A stretch of 64,000 bases of DNA from Candidatus Latescibacterota bacterium (GCA_965261395.1 OZ253462.1:6016001-6080000); one strand, 5' to 3'. Shown: positions 48,858 to 58,465, counted from the first letter of the stretch. Numbers and translations: made by a program. The notes: generated by a model not told the origin, from the sequence alone.

Positions 48858-50423
48858 TCATTCGGCCAAGCCCTGATAGAGGGCGCTGATTTCCGCGGTT
48901 GTCAGCACGCGTCCGTAGAGCCGCGCGTCGTCTAAGGCCCCGGTGAAGAAGAAGCCCGTCTGGTCGAGATTTTTCGCACCGATGTAAATGGGCTGGTCGG
49001 GCGAGGTTTCGACCGCGCTTTGCTTCTGCTCCTGCAACGCGCCATTGACGAAGAGCCGGTGATAGTCGCCGTCGAAGACGGCCGCGAAATGGTACCAGCG
49101 CCCCTTGCGTAAAAGGAGCTTGGAGTGGAGGTCGTCTTCGTCGTCCTGCATCCGGTGCCAGGTGACGCGCCGTCCTAGGGTACTGAGCTGGAAGACGCGC
49201 ACGCCACCGCCGTTGTCCTGCGCCCAGATGCAATTGTTCCACCAGTAAGGGCGCGTTTCGATCTCGTCGTACTTGGCCCAGATTGAGACGCTGAAGGGGT
49301 CATCTAGCAAAAATCCTTCGATATCGACGACGGCCTCGCCATCGAAATAACCAGCGCCATCTTTGTCGCCGGTGCGGTCTTCGGTGAATGCTACTTTGAC
49401 GTTTTTGAGCGAGCGCTGATGTGGGCCGGTGTCGCGGATCTCGCCGTTGAAGAGGACTTCGATGAGCAGATCCTCGCGGCCGGGCGGGCTTGGCTCGGGC
49501 AGCCCGGCGCCGGGTTTGGCTACCTCGTCTCCCCAGCGCACCTCCACGTCGTACCAGTCGGCACCGCTATCTTGGTCGGCGAAGACGATGCTGAGGGTGT
49601 CGCCGGGTGCTTGGGGCTCCCTTTCCAACTGCGCGACGTCGCGCGCCTCGTGTTTGACTAGGCGGTACTGCGTGCCGGAAGGCCATGCAACCTTGTCGGC
49701 AAAATACACCTTGCGGGTCCGGTCGCCCTGCCAGACGGGTTGCCAGCGCACGCCATTGACCTCGACGGGCGAAAAGCCGTCGCCGTCCTCGTGCCGCCCG
49801 GGCAGGGCGCCGTAACGGTGCTCGACCCACAGGCCCTCGTCATCGGCGAATACTTCGTCGCCGCCATCGACGAAGATACGGACGCGCAGCCGCTCGCTGC
49901 GTGGCTCGACGGAGACCGTCTTGTATTCCTCGGCAGGTACTTGGTGGAGGACGCCAGCGATCGCCCAGCCGTCGTCCGCCCGGTCGAGCAACCAGGCGCT
50001 GTATTGCTCGTCGCCCACGGGGCCGGACACGCCTACCAAATGCTCCTGAGTGATGGCCATCGCCCGGTCGCCCCACAGGAAGACGTCGAAAAACTCGGCC
50101 TGTTTGATGTACTGGTGGATTTCTTGGTCGTAGTTCCAAGCGTCGCCGCCGGTCCACTCGCCGATGATCCCGTCGAGGAACTCCTCGCGGGACTGCACCT
50201 TGCGCAAAATCCAGGTCTGCGGCTCTTGGCGACTGCGCATGTCGAGCTCGACGACGCTCTCGCCGATCAGGTTTTCGACGGCGACGAAGTCCTGCTGGTT
50301 CCATGCCTCGTAGAAGCGCTGGACTACATCTTGTATCTGCTGCAGGTCAGGGCGTTCGTCGCCCAAGGTCAGGGTAGGGTACAACAGGCACAGAGCTAGT
50401 AAAACATTTGCTACAGAGTTCAT
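48858..50423 (-). CDS. Exported protein: SnoaL/NTF2-like domain + LamG/concanavalin A-like domain
   Basis: IQDVVQRFYEAWNQQD at the N-terminus. GRWYHFAAVFDG..LFVNG..IGA..FTGALDDARLYGRVLT at the C-terminus. Confidence 0.72.
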   Translation of the reverse strand: MNSVANVLLALCLLYPTLTLGDERPDLQQIQDVVQRFYEAWNQQDFVAVENLIGESVVELDMRSRQEPQTWILRKVQSREEFLDGIIGEWTGGDAWNYDQEIHQYIKQAEFFDVFLWGDRAMAITQEHLVGVSGPVGDEQYSAWLLDRADDGWAIAGVLHQVPAEEYKTVSVEPRSERLRVRIFVDGGDEVFADDEGLWVEHRYGALPGRHEDGDGFSPVEVNGVRWQPVWQGDRTRKVYFADKVAWPSGTQYRLVKHEARDVAQLEREPQAPGDTLSIVFADQDSGADWYDVEVRWGDEVAKPGAGLPEPSPPGREDLLIEVLFNGEIRDTGPHQRSLKNVKVAFTEDRTGDKDGAGYFDGEAVVDIEGFLLDDPFSVSIWAKYDEIETRPYWWNNCIWAQDNGGGVRVFQLSTLGRRVTWHRMQDDEDDLHSKLLLRKGRWYHFAAVFDGDYHRLFVNGALQEQKQSAVETSPDQPIYIGAKNLDQTGFFFTGALDDARLYGRVLTTAEISALYQGLAE

Positions 50424-50568
50424 ATTCCCCCTCGAAGGCTGCGCGGCTGCGCGCTACAGCATCAAAGCACGAGGGGCAATTGAACAGTGTCAATCGCTTA
50501 GCCGCTTGGGTGCGTGATCGTCGAGTTGGCGACTCTTTGGGGGTCGTTGCACGAGAGCTGCGGGCCTC

Positions 50569-51804
50569 TTACAGGAGAATCCCGGCCACGCAGGCCGTCA
50601 TAAAGCAGGCTAGGGAGCCGCCCAGCATGGCGCGAAAACCCAACCGCGCCAAATCGCGCCGCCGCTCTGGGGCAATGCCGCCGATGCCGCCGATCTGGAT
50701 GCCAATGCTGCTGAAGTTGGCAAAACCGCATAGGGCATAGGTCAAAATAACCACCGAGCGCTGGCTCAGCTCCACGCCCGAGTCGGGCTGAATCCACTGG
50801 CTCAGTTGGACGTACGAGACGAATTCGTTGGCTACCATTTTCTTGCCCAACAACTCGCCCGCCAGCAAACAATCCTTGGCCTCAATGCCCATCAACCAGG
50901 CAAAGGGCGCAAATAAATAACCCAGCGCCGCAGACAAAGACCACTCCATACCTTCCATACCTAGAATGTAGCCCACGACTTGGCCCAACAGCCCCAGCAC
51001 CCCGTCCACTAGGGCGATCAACCCCAGTGCTGCAATGAGCATGGCGGCCACGTTCAGGGCCAGCCGCAAGCCGTCCAAGGTGCTATTGGCCGCGGCTTCC
51101 ACCACATTGGTGGCTGTGCGTTCTACCTCAATCGATACCTTGCCCAAAGTCTTGGACGTTTCCACTTCTGGCTGCATGATCTTGGCCACCAACAGCGCCG
51201 CCGGGGCCGAAATCACCGAGGCGGCCACCAAGTGACCAGCGTCGATTCCCAGGCCCACGAAGGCGGCCAATACGCCTCCGGCAATGGTGGCAAAGCCGCC
51301 CACCATCAAGGCCATCAGCTCCGACCGGGTCATGCTGGCCACGTACGGGCGCACTACCAGCGGAGCCTCGGTCTGGCCGACGAATATATTGGCTGCCGCC
51401 GCTAGGCTTTCCGCGCCCGAGGTGCGCAAGGTGCGCTGCATGACCCAGGCGAAAGCCGCCACCGCGTACTGCACCAGCCCCAAGTGATAGAGTACGCCCA
51501 TTAGGGCGGAAAAGAAGATAATGGTCGGCAGGACCTTGAAGGCGAAGAAATGCTCGCCGAACGCCTCGCCAAAGACAAAGCTGGAGCCGGCATCGACATA
51601 GTTGAGCAAGGCGGTGAAAAAAGTGCCAATATAACCGAAGAGCACCTGCCCAGGTACGGTCTTGAGGACGAGCAGGGCGAGAAGAAATTGCAGTCCCACG
51701 CCGGCTGCTACCAAGCGGCGATCTACTTTGCGGCGGTCGGCGCTCATGGCGAAGGCTAGGGCGATCATCACCAAAAGTCCGAATAGGCTAATCAGCCGTT
51801 CCAT
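50569..51804 (-). CDS. nupC: Concentrative nucleoside transporter (NupC/CNT family)
   Basis: VLPTIIFFS, ANIFVGQTEAPL, GFATIAG and YALCGFANFSSIGIQIGG. Confidence 0.92.
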   Translation of the reverse strand: MERLISLFGLLVMIALAFAMSADRRKVDRRLVAAGVGLQFLLALLVLKTVPGQVLFGYIGTFFTALLNYVDAGSSFVFGEAFGEHFFAFKVLPTIIFFSALMGVLYHLGLVQYAVAAFAWVMQRTLRTSGAESLAAAANIFVGQTEAPLVVRPYVASMTRSELMALMVGGFATIAGGVLAAFVGLGIDAGHLVAASVISAPAALLVAKIMQPEVETSKTLGKVSIEVERTATNVVEAAANSTLDGLRLALNVAAMLIAALGLIALVDGVLGLLGQVVGYILGMEGMEWSLSAALGYLFAPFAWLMGIEAKDCLLAGELLGKKMVANEFVSYVQLSQWIQPDSGVELSQRSVVILTYALCGFANFSSIGIQIGGIGGIAPERRRDLARLGFRAMLGGSLACFMTACVAGILL

Positions 51805-51873
51805 CGATACCTACTTCTTCTGCGAGGGTTGGTGTCTTCCAGCGATAGTTGGAGAATACCGGGGAAAGTATAT

Positions 51874-51900
51874 AAAAAAACGGCGGGGGAAGCCCCGCCG
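51874..51900 (-). terminator. Rho-independent terminator of dinJ-yafQ
   Basis: Minus strand CGGCGGGG-CTTC-CCCCGCCG followed by a U7 tract. Confidence 0.75.
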
Positions 51901-51905
51901 AGAGG

Positions 51906-52187
51906 TCAAAGCCCGAGTTCCGAATGCGATCCCAAGCGAACGAGCCGTAGGGTGTCGGGGTCGGGCTTCTGCTAGATTAGGACAAGGTCGGGCTTCACGT
52001 GGCAATCTCGATAATCTTTCCAGTTGCCGGTTAGCCCATGATCGCGGTGCCGAGGCTCCAGTAGCTGGTCATTGGCTAAGGCGACCAAGACAGGCACCAA
52101 ATCGGCGTCGAGTGTCGTTCGGTGCCGGCCCTTGGCCTCGCGCTTGTAGTCGCGTTTGAATTGGCCGGTGCGCTCAATCTTCCTCAT
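51906..52187 (-). pseudogene. yafQ: YafQ-family mRNA interferase toxin with internal amber stop
   Basis: MRKIERTGQFKRDYK..DHGLTGNWKDYRDCHVKPDLVLI*QKPDPDTLRLVRLGSHSELGL*, with TAG at 51974-51972. Confidence 0.88.
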
Positions 52188-52437
52188 GCAGGTCATCCAT
52201 GAGGGCCTGCACGCTGTCGAACCGGGGTAGGCCCCCTTTGCGGGCCTCTTTCATCGCCTCGATAGTGACGGCATTTGGAATTAGCGGCTCAAACGGCAGC
52301 GCCTTTTCCTGCGCAATCTTAGTCAGCAGCAGACGCACTGCATCGGACACGGTAAGTCCCATTGCAGCCAATACGGCGGCCGCCTCTTCCTTCACGGCTC
52401 CGTCAATGCGGGCTTGTACAAGCTGATTGGCAGCCAT
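52174..52437 (-). CDS. dinJ: RelB/DinJ family antitoxin
   Basis: VQARIDGAVKEEAAAVLAAMGLTVSDAVRLLL..ALPF..PNAVTIEAM. Confidence 0.92.
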   Translation of the reverse strand: MAANQLVQARIDGAVKEEAAAVLAAMGLTVSDAVRLLLTKIAQEKALPFEPLIPNAVTIEAMKEARKGGLPRFDSVQALMDDLHEED

Positions 52438-52459
52438 GGTCAGTTTCCTTTATTAGTGT

Positions 52460-52495
52460 GCATTACATTGTAATGCGCGCCAGAGAGAAAGACAA
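52460..52495 (-). promoter_or_regulatory. dinJ promoter with palindromic operator
   Basis: Minus strand TTGTCT-17 bp-TACAAT. The palindrome GCATTACA-T-TGTAATGC (52460-52476) overlaps the -10. Confidence 0.72.
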
Positions 52496-52610
52496 GGCTT
52501 GGCCAGCACCGGCGCGGGCGGCTATTCGGTAGTCAGATCGCCGCGCCGCAGCGTTCAAGCCCTACTCAATAGGCGCAGCGCGGTGCTGTTGAAATTGAAT
52601 ATCTAAAAAT

Positions 52611-53285
52611 TTACCGACGCCAAGTTGCTTTCAGGCCGCCCCAGGTGGTTTCGGCGACCGCACTGGAGTCATCAGTTGTTTCGGCGACCGCACTGGAGTC
52701 ATCAACGGGGTGGAGTTCCCAGACTACGACCCCAGTTTCCCTCGCGGTAGTGAGGAACAGGGTGTCTCCCTCAATGGCATACTTGCTAACCCCCCACTGA
52801 TTGAGTATAGCGAGGGGCTCGACCGTATCGAGTTCAGCGAAAAACGCGTCGATAAATTCCTGTTCAAAGGCTGGGTAGTTCTCGGCGGGAATTTCGTGTA
52901 AGTCTGCTACATAACGGGCGAAGTCGCGGGCCACTTGGGTGAAAAATTCGACGAAGCCCTCACCATCGACGGACAGGGCTAATGTAGCTATATCAATCAC
53001 GAGATTGTCGCCCAAGATGCCATAGGTGCCGGTGCCGTGGGCGACAATCGTCTCCATGGTGGGTGGTTCCGGGACTTGGACATCGGCGAGGAAATCGTCT
53101 TTGACCTGAATGACTTGGTCGATCTCAAAGGCTCCGTCTGCCCCGAAAGTCAGGCGAATGGTAATCTCGCCAATTTGCTCATCGACGACAGTGCCCTCCC
53201 AAGTGCCATGCAGGGCCTCTTGCTGGGCGGCGAGCGGCGCGACGAGCAGGCAAAGGCAGAGGACAGACGACAGGAGCTGACGCAT
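52611..53285 (-). CDS. Hypothetical secreted protein with C-terminal SAV..TTWGGLK motif
   Basis: Signal peptide MRQLLSSVLCLCLLVAPLAA, AAGGAG RBS, and C-terminus DDSSAVAETTDDSSAVAETTWGGLKATWRR. Confidence 0.75.
   Translation of the reverse strand: MRQLLSSVLCLCLLVAPLAAQQEALHGTWEGTVVDEQIGEITIRLTFGADGAFEIDQVIQVKDDFLADVQVPEPPTMETIVAHGTGTYGILGDNLVIDIATLALSVDGEGFVEFFTQVARDFARYVADLHEIPAENYPAFEQEFIDAFFAELDTVEPLAILNQWGVSKYAIEGDTLFLTTARETGVVVWELHPVDDSSAVAETTDDSSAVAETTWGGLKATWRR
52645..52704. repeat. 30-bp tandem duplication (DDSSAVAETT x2)
   Basis: GTTTCGGCGACCGCACTGGAGTCATCA at 52648 and 52678. Confidence 0.9.
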
Positions 53286-53304
53286 AAGGATCTCCTTTGC
53301 AGGG

Positions 53305-54297
53305 TCACCCGTATAAATGGGCGACATACTCTGCATAGCCGTTGTAGGGGAGGGTCTCGCGTCGTTCGGTCGCGTTCAGATCGGTGGAAATGAAGCGCTC
53401 GGAGGCTTGCGACCAGCGGGGATGGGGGACTTGGGGTTCGACGTTGGAGAAAAAGCCGTACTCGTGTGGCACTAGGGTGTTCCAAAACGTCGCTGGCTGT
53501 TCGCTGGTGAATTCGATTTTGGTGATCGACTTGAGGCCCTTATAGCCGTATTTCCAGGGCGTCACCAAGCGCAGGGGGGCACCGTGTTGCTTGGGCAGTT
53601 CGTGGCCGTAGATGCCCGTTGCCAGCAAAGTCAACTCATTGGTCGCTTCGGCCATGGTCAGGCCCTCGGTATAGGGCCAGGGCCAATCGGATCGATCCCA
53701 TTGGCCTGGGGCTACCTCGGGATTGAAGAAGGAGATCATGCGCACGTAGCGGGCCGATGATAGCGGTTGAACCAAGTCGATGAGATCCCGCATGGGGAAG
53801 CCCGTCCACGGTATGGCCATGGACCAAGCCTCGACGCAGCGGTGGCGGTAGAGCCGCTCTTCCAGATCCATTATGCCGATTAGGTTGTCGATGTCATAGG
53901 TCTTGGGCTGCTGCACTAGGCCGCCTATTTCCACAGTCCAGGGGGCAGGCTCAAAATTATCTATGAAGCGCCACACCTCCTTGCCGGTGGAGAATTCATA
54001 GAAGTTGTTGTACAGAGCCGCTATCGCCTCGTCGGTGAGCGGCCGGTCGAGCGTGGACCAAGCATCGTTGGTGGGAGCCGGATACCACTCTGAAGGCGGG
54101 ATTGGCTCGATGATCGTAGGACTGAGGTATTTGGTTGGATCGACGAGCGTTGCTGGATTGAGGAGCTTTTCGGGGATGCATCCCGCAAGCAGGCCGATGG
54201 TGCCCAAACCGGCCCGCCGGATGAACTTGCGGCGGTTGAGATAGACATCTTCGTCGGTGGCTTGACGCTGGGGGATCTCCCATTTTTTGCGCGGCAT
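53305..54297 (-). CDS. msrP: Protein-methionine-sulfoxide reductase catalytic subunit MsrP
   Basis: Tat motif NRRKFI, YNNFYEF, RHRCVEAWSM, QHGAPLRLVTPWKYGYK and HPRWSQASER. Confidence 0.93.
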   Translation of the reverse strand: MPRKKWEIPQRQATDEDVYLNRRKFIRRAGLGTIGLLAGCIPEKLLNPATLVDPTKYLSPTIIEPIPPSEWYPAPTNDAWSTLDRPLTDEAIAALYNNFYEFSTGKEVWRFIDNFEPAPWTVEIGGLVQQPKTYDIDNLIGIMDLEERLYRHRCVEAWSMAIPWTGFPMRDLIDLVQPLSSARYVRMISFFNPEVAPGQWDRSDWPWPYTEGLTMAEATNELTLLATGIYGHELPKQHGAPLRLVTPWKYGYKGLKSITKIEFTSEQPATFWNTLVPHEYGFFSNVEPQVPHPRWSQASERFISTDLNATERRETLPYNGYAEYVAHLYG

Positions 54298-54362
54298 CCT
54301 AGCCTCCTTGTAATGGTTGTACGGGAAAAATATAACAGATTTGTTCTTTAGCCGCGATTGTT

Positions 54363-55346
54363 CTAGCGCTTGAAAGCCAGCCCTGCGGCGTAGGTCGTGC
54401 CCGCTGCCGTATTGCAGCCAGCCGCGATGTGGAATAGATCGACACCGATTTCGAGGTGCTTACTGAGCGACCAGATCAACCCCGGGGCCACCTTGAGGAT
54501 ATCTTGGTCGCCGACGAGACCGCCTTGTCCCATGGCACCGCAGTCGCCCATAGTGCGCATCCCTTCGACCACGCCTTTGACTAGCAGGCGTTTATAGGTG
54601 ACACCAGCCTCGAAGCCATAGAAGAATTCGTCGCTGAAGGCTCCGCCTCGCTTGCGATAGCCGACCGCGCTCGTCAGGTAGCCTGGGAACGGATACAGCG
54701 ATTTGCCCACCAACAGGCGCATGTCGATATCCTTTTCGCCCGTGCCCAAGGGAACCTTGCTGTCGGCACCTGCGAGGGCGCCATCCACTGGACTCGGCCC
54801 CAAGCCAAGCCCGCCCGAGTTTAGGGAGCCAATGCTGTCTTGATCTATGTCGTAGCCCAAGGGGAATTTGCCCCCCAGCGCCAAGGAGACCACCGCCGGA
54901 TTGCGTAGCAAGCGCCAGCGCAGGCGCAGTTCCAAATCGGCCAGACCCGAGCGGATTTCGTCGGGGAGTATGCGGGTTATGGTGGTATCGAGAACATCGC
55001 TTTTGAACACCTTCACCTCCGTATTCTTGTACACCAAGTGCTTATAGGGCAGGGTGGCCACCAAGGTCAAGCGCTCCTGCAAACCATATTCTAGGTAGGC
55101 TGATATATTCCTATCGCTCAATTCTTCCATGCTGGGTTTTGCCACTCGGGCCTGCCGGTCGCCAGCGGCGTCGAGATAGTCTTGGGAGCGGAAGGAAAGT
55201 CCGGCGATTTTGAAATACAATCCGCCCGGGGCCTGCGTCCAAGCGCCGGCATGGAGTTGGGTAGGGATAGCCGCCAGCAGGAAGGCCGCCAGTGGGATCC
55301 AGTGCCGCAGTGGGCGGAGCGAATTCGGTCGAATGCTGTGGTTCAT
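54363..55346 (-). CDS. Hypothetical exported, probable outer-membrane beta-barrel protein
   Basis: Signal peptide ending in LHA-GAWTQ, YLEYGL and amphipathic strands; lies downstream of the TonB-dependent receptor. Confidence 0.6.
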   Translation of the reverse strand: MNHSIRPNSLRPLRHWIPLAAFLLAAIPTQLHAGAWTQAPGGLYFKIAGLSFRSQDYLDAAGDRQARVAKPSMEELSDRNISAYLEYGLQERLTLVATLPYKHLVYKNTEVKVFKSDVLDTTITRILPDEIRSGLADLELRLRWRLLRNPAVVSLALGGKFPLGYDIDQDSIGSLNSGGLGLGPSPVDGALAGADSKVPLGTGEKDIDMRLLVGKSLYPFPGYLTSAVGYRKRGGAFSDEFFYGFEAGVTYKRLLVKGVVEGMRTMGDCGAMGQGGLVGDQDILKVAPGLIWSLSKHLEIGVDLFHIAAGCNTAAGTTYAAGLAFKR

Positions 55347-55453
55347 AAAAATCTCGCGGAAAATGATGGAGTTGAGCGGTCCCCGGACTCTTCTGTCGAT
55401 GATATACCGACCACTCACAAATAGCAACGTTCCCAGTCCTGTGGCAGCGCTGC

Positions 55454-58400
55454 TCAATAGAGGTAGCGCAAGCCGATTTGCACTTGGCGCGGGTCGCCCA
55501 AGCCCGACTGCACAGTGCCGTCGAAATTGAATAGCAGGCCGGCGCTGGAGGGGTCGCGGAAGTTATCCGTGTTGAGCAGGTTGAAGACCTCGACAATGGC
55601 CTCTAGTTGGCCGCTGCTCACCGGAATGGGCCGCGACAGGCGCACGTCATAGGAGAAAAACTCGTTGTCTTTGCGCAGCGTGTTGCGCGCCGTGATGCGG
55701 CCGTCGCCGCAGATTCGGTCGGAGGCCGCGCCCCACGGGTTGGTCGAGCGGCCGCCCGCGCAGGATGCGGAGACTGGCTGCGCCGAATAGTAGCTCAGGC
55801 GCTGATTGAACAAGACCCCGCCGGGCAATGCGGCCAAGGCCCACGCATTGAAGCGGTGGCGCTGGTCGCGGTCCGAATAGCCCCACTCGTGCTCCAGTTG
55901 GGTCGCATCGACGTAGCGAAAGGTGAAGGGATCGCGCTCGTTGTCGTCGTCGGATTTGTCCCACGACAATGTATAGTTGAGCTGGAATTGCAAGTCGTCG
56001 TGCACCATCTGCCGCAAGCCGAAGCTGAGGCCGTGGTAGCGCGACTTGGCCGTGCTCTCGACCACGGTTAAATCGCCGATGCCGTTGCTGCCATCGGCCC
56101 CTAGGCCCGTTGCCCACGGAGAGCCGAAGATTGCGTCATTGCGGTTGACAAAGCGCGTCAGCTTGTCGGTGCGGGCGTACGTGTACCCGAGGGAGCCGAC
56201 CAAACCCGACGCATGTAATTCGCGTTCAATGCCGACATTTGAGCTGATGGTGCGCGGGTTTGCAAAATTCTGGTCAAAGACAAAGATATTGGGCCGGAAG
56301 GGATCGCCAGCGGGCGCGGGCAACAATTCGCCGTAGGTCGGCGGTGGGCCCAAAATGGGCGTCAGGGCGCTGGAGCGGAAAATGGATTGCCCGCGCGAGC
56401 CGTTGGTCGAGCGCGTGCTGGCCACGTTCAAGCCTGGGATGCGGGCGTAGTAGATTCCGGCGCTGCCGCGCAACAAGGTTTTGTTGTCGCCATGCACATC
56501 GTAGGCCACCCCCAAGCGCGGCTGGAACATGTCCCAGTCCGAGGGAATGGTGCCGTTGGAGGGGAATTCGTAGGTCCCCGTTTCGTTGGTCACTGTTTTG
56601 CCGATGAAGTCGGCGAAGAATACCTCGTCTGGACCGGTGAGTACATCGGGCTGAATTTGCGCCTCCCAGCGCAGGCCGTAATTGAGCGTCAGCTTGTTCG
56701 AGGGCTGCCAACTGTCCTGCACAAATAGGGCCAATTCGTGCTGCGGGATCTGCTGGGTGCCCGATTCTTCCACGGTCAGCCCGCCGACGCCGGACTGCTG
56801 CAAATAGAGCAGAACTGGCCCGATAATATCCGTCCCGTCCGGGCAGGCCCCGGTGGTGCTGGTGCTGCCGTCGGCGCACTCGACATAGCCGTTGCCCTGC
56901 GCGACGAAGTTGAGAAAGCCATCTGTCGAACTAAAGATGTAGCGGCCATTGGCAAAACCGATGAAGGTCTGCACGGATTCGACGCGGTTCCACTCGACCC
57001 CGGCTTTGATTAAGTGATCGCCCTTGGCCACGGAGATATTGTCGAGCGCCTGGATGCGAGAGTCGTAGTACTCGACCGGAATGAAGAAGGGCATACCAAA
57101 GCGATAGCCGTGGACAAAATCCATGCCCGTATCGGGGAAGGGCCGGCCAGTGTTGGGGTTATCCGGTCCGAGGTAGGGTCGCGGGCGATCTTCGCGGGAA
57201 ACTTGGAAGCGAAACTCGTTGGTGGTGGTCGAGGACAGCAGCGACAGCAGGCTGCCGTTGAAGGCGTGGGACCAATCCCTTTCTACGGCGTTGGCGCTGC
57301 GGGTCCACGAGTCCACGTCAAAGGTGCCGTTTTCCTGCTCGGACCAAGTGTAATTGTATTTGAAGGTGGCGTAGTGCGCATCCGACAGGCGGGCGTCGAT
57401 CTTGGCGAGAAAAGCGCGGGCGTCGTTGGTGCGGTCAATGGGACCGTAGTCATTGGCTAGTGCCCCGCTGAATTGCTCGTCCATAAACGCGCGTAGCCGG
57501 GCATCAATGCGCTCGCTATCGCTCTGCTTGGTGTCCCTGAAAACCTGCTGGTCGTAGGCGGTGAAGAAGAATGCCTTGTCCTGTATCAGCGGCCCGCCCA
57601 AAGTGAAGCCGAACTGCCCTTGGCTAAAATCCGGCACGCGCTCCACGCCCTCGTGCCGCGCCGTGCTCGACAGAGCGTCGTTTTTGCCGAAAAAATGCAG
57701 CGAGCCGTGCAATTGGTTGGTACCCGACTTGGTGATGACGTTGACAAAGCCGCCGCTGGAGCGGCCGAATTCCGCGTTGGCCCCCTGCGGCACTACCACC
57801 ATTTCCTCCACTGCGTCCAAGTTAAAGGTGAAGGCTGGGCGCTGGCCGCCGCGCTGCTCGCCGAAGAAGGGATTGTTAAAATCAGCGCCATCCACCGAGA
57901 TGTTGTTGTGAATGCCGCGCTGCCCGCCAATGCTCAGCTCGTCGCCGTCGGGGCCTTGGACAATGGCCACACCTGGGGTCAACAGCGTCAGGCTGAGGAA
58001 ATTGCGTCCGTTGTTGGGCAGGTTCTGCACCGCCTCTTCGGGCAGGCGCGTGGCTGGCTCGCTCTGGGTTATATCCACCGTGGGCAAGGCCGCCTCGACG
58101 ACCATTTCCTCCATCTGCGGCAGCATTTTGACGATCAATTCCACGGTCTCACCGACTCGCACTTGCACTCCGGTCTGCCGCACTTCGGCCTGTCCGGCCG
58201 CCTGTACCGTCACGTCGTAGAAGCCGAGGGGCAACAAGGTCGCGGTGAACAGCCCCAGATCGGACAAGGTAAGGGTGCGCTCGTAATTGGTGCGGGTTTC
58301 CTTGAGCGCGATGGTGGCATTGCCGATGGGGTTGCCAAACTGGTCCCAGACAACGCCGCGGATTACGCCGGTGGTCGCTTGGGACTGTGCCCAAGCTCCG

Positions 58401-58465
58401 TCGAGCAGGACGATCCAGAGTAGGACGGGCAGAAGAGACAAAAAGCGAAGTCGATGCGTCGGCAT
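55454..58465 (-). CDS. TonB-dependent receptor (Oar-like) with carboxypeptidase-regulatory-like N-domain
   Basis: LPNNGRNFLSL, AEFGRSSGG.VNVITKSGTN, FVQDSW..LNYGLRWE, and C-terminal PRQVQIGLRYLY. Confidence 0.88.
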   Translation of the reverse strand: MPTHRLRFLSLLPVLLWIVLLDGAWAQSQATTGVIRGVVWDQFGNPIGNATIALKETRTNYERTLTLSDLGLFTATLLPLGFYDVTVQAAGQAEVRQTGVQVRVGETVELIVKMLPQMEEMVVEAALPTVDITQSEPATRLPEEAVQNLPNNGRNFLSLTLLTPGVAIVQGPDGDELSIGGQRGIHNNISVDGADFNNPFFGEQRGGQRPAFTFNLDAVEEMVVVPQGANAEFGRSSGGFVNVITKSGTNQLHGSLHFFGKNDALSSTARHEGVERVPDFSQGQFGFTLGGPLIQDKAFFFTAYDQQVFRDTKQSDSERIDARLRAFMDEQFSGALANDYGPIDRTNDARAFLAKIDARLSDAHYATFKYNYTWSEQENGTFDVDSWTRSANAVERDWSHAFNGSLLSLLSSTTTNEFRFQVSREDRPRPYLGPDNPNTGRPFPDTGMDFVHGYRFGMPFFIPVEYYDSRIQALDNISVAKGDHLIKAGVEWNRVESVQTFIGFANGRYIFSSTDGFLNFVAQGNGYVECADGSTSTTGACPDGTDIIGPVLLYLQQSGVGGLTVEESGTQQIPQHELALFVQDSWQPSNKLTLNYGLRWEAQIQPDVLTGPDEVFFADFIGKTVTNETGTYEFPSNGTIPSDWDMFQPRLGVAYDVHGDNKTLLRGSAGIYYARIPGLNVASTRSTNGSRGQSIFRSSALTPILGPPPTYGELLPAPAGDPFRPNIFVFDQNFANPRTISSNVGIERELHASGLVGSLGYTYARTDKLTRFVNRNDAIFGSPWATGLGADGSNGIGDLTVVESTAKSRYHGLSFGLRQMVHDDLQFQLNYTLSWDKSDDDNERDPFTFRYVDATQLEHEWGYSDRDQRHRFNAWALAALPGGVLFNQRLSYYSAQPVSASCAGGRSTNPWGAASDRICGDGRITARNTLRKDNEFFSYDVRLSRPIPVSSGQLEAIVEVFNLLNTDNFRDPSSAGLLFNFDGTVQSGLGDPRQVQIGLRYLY

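Noticed and set aside
51972-51974. Pyrrolysine or stop-codon reassignment at the yafQ TAG
   Set aside because: TAG terminates many ordinary genes here (larC, dppB, glgB), no pyl genes are seen, and the position is a conserved Tyr, so a point nonsense mutation is simpler.
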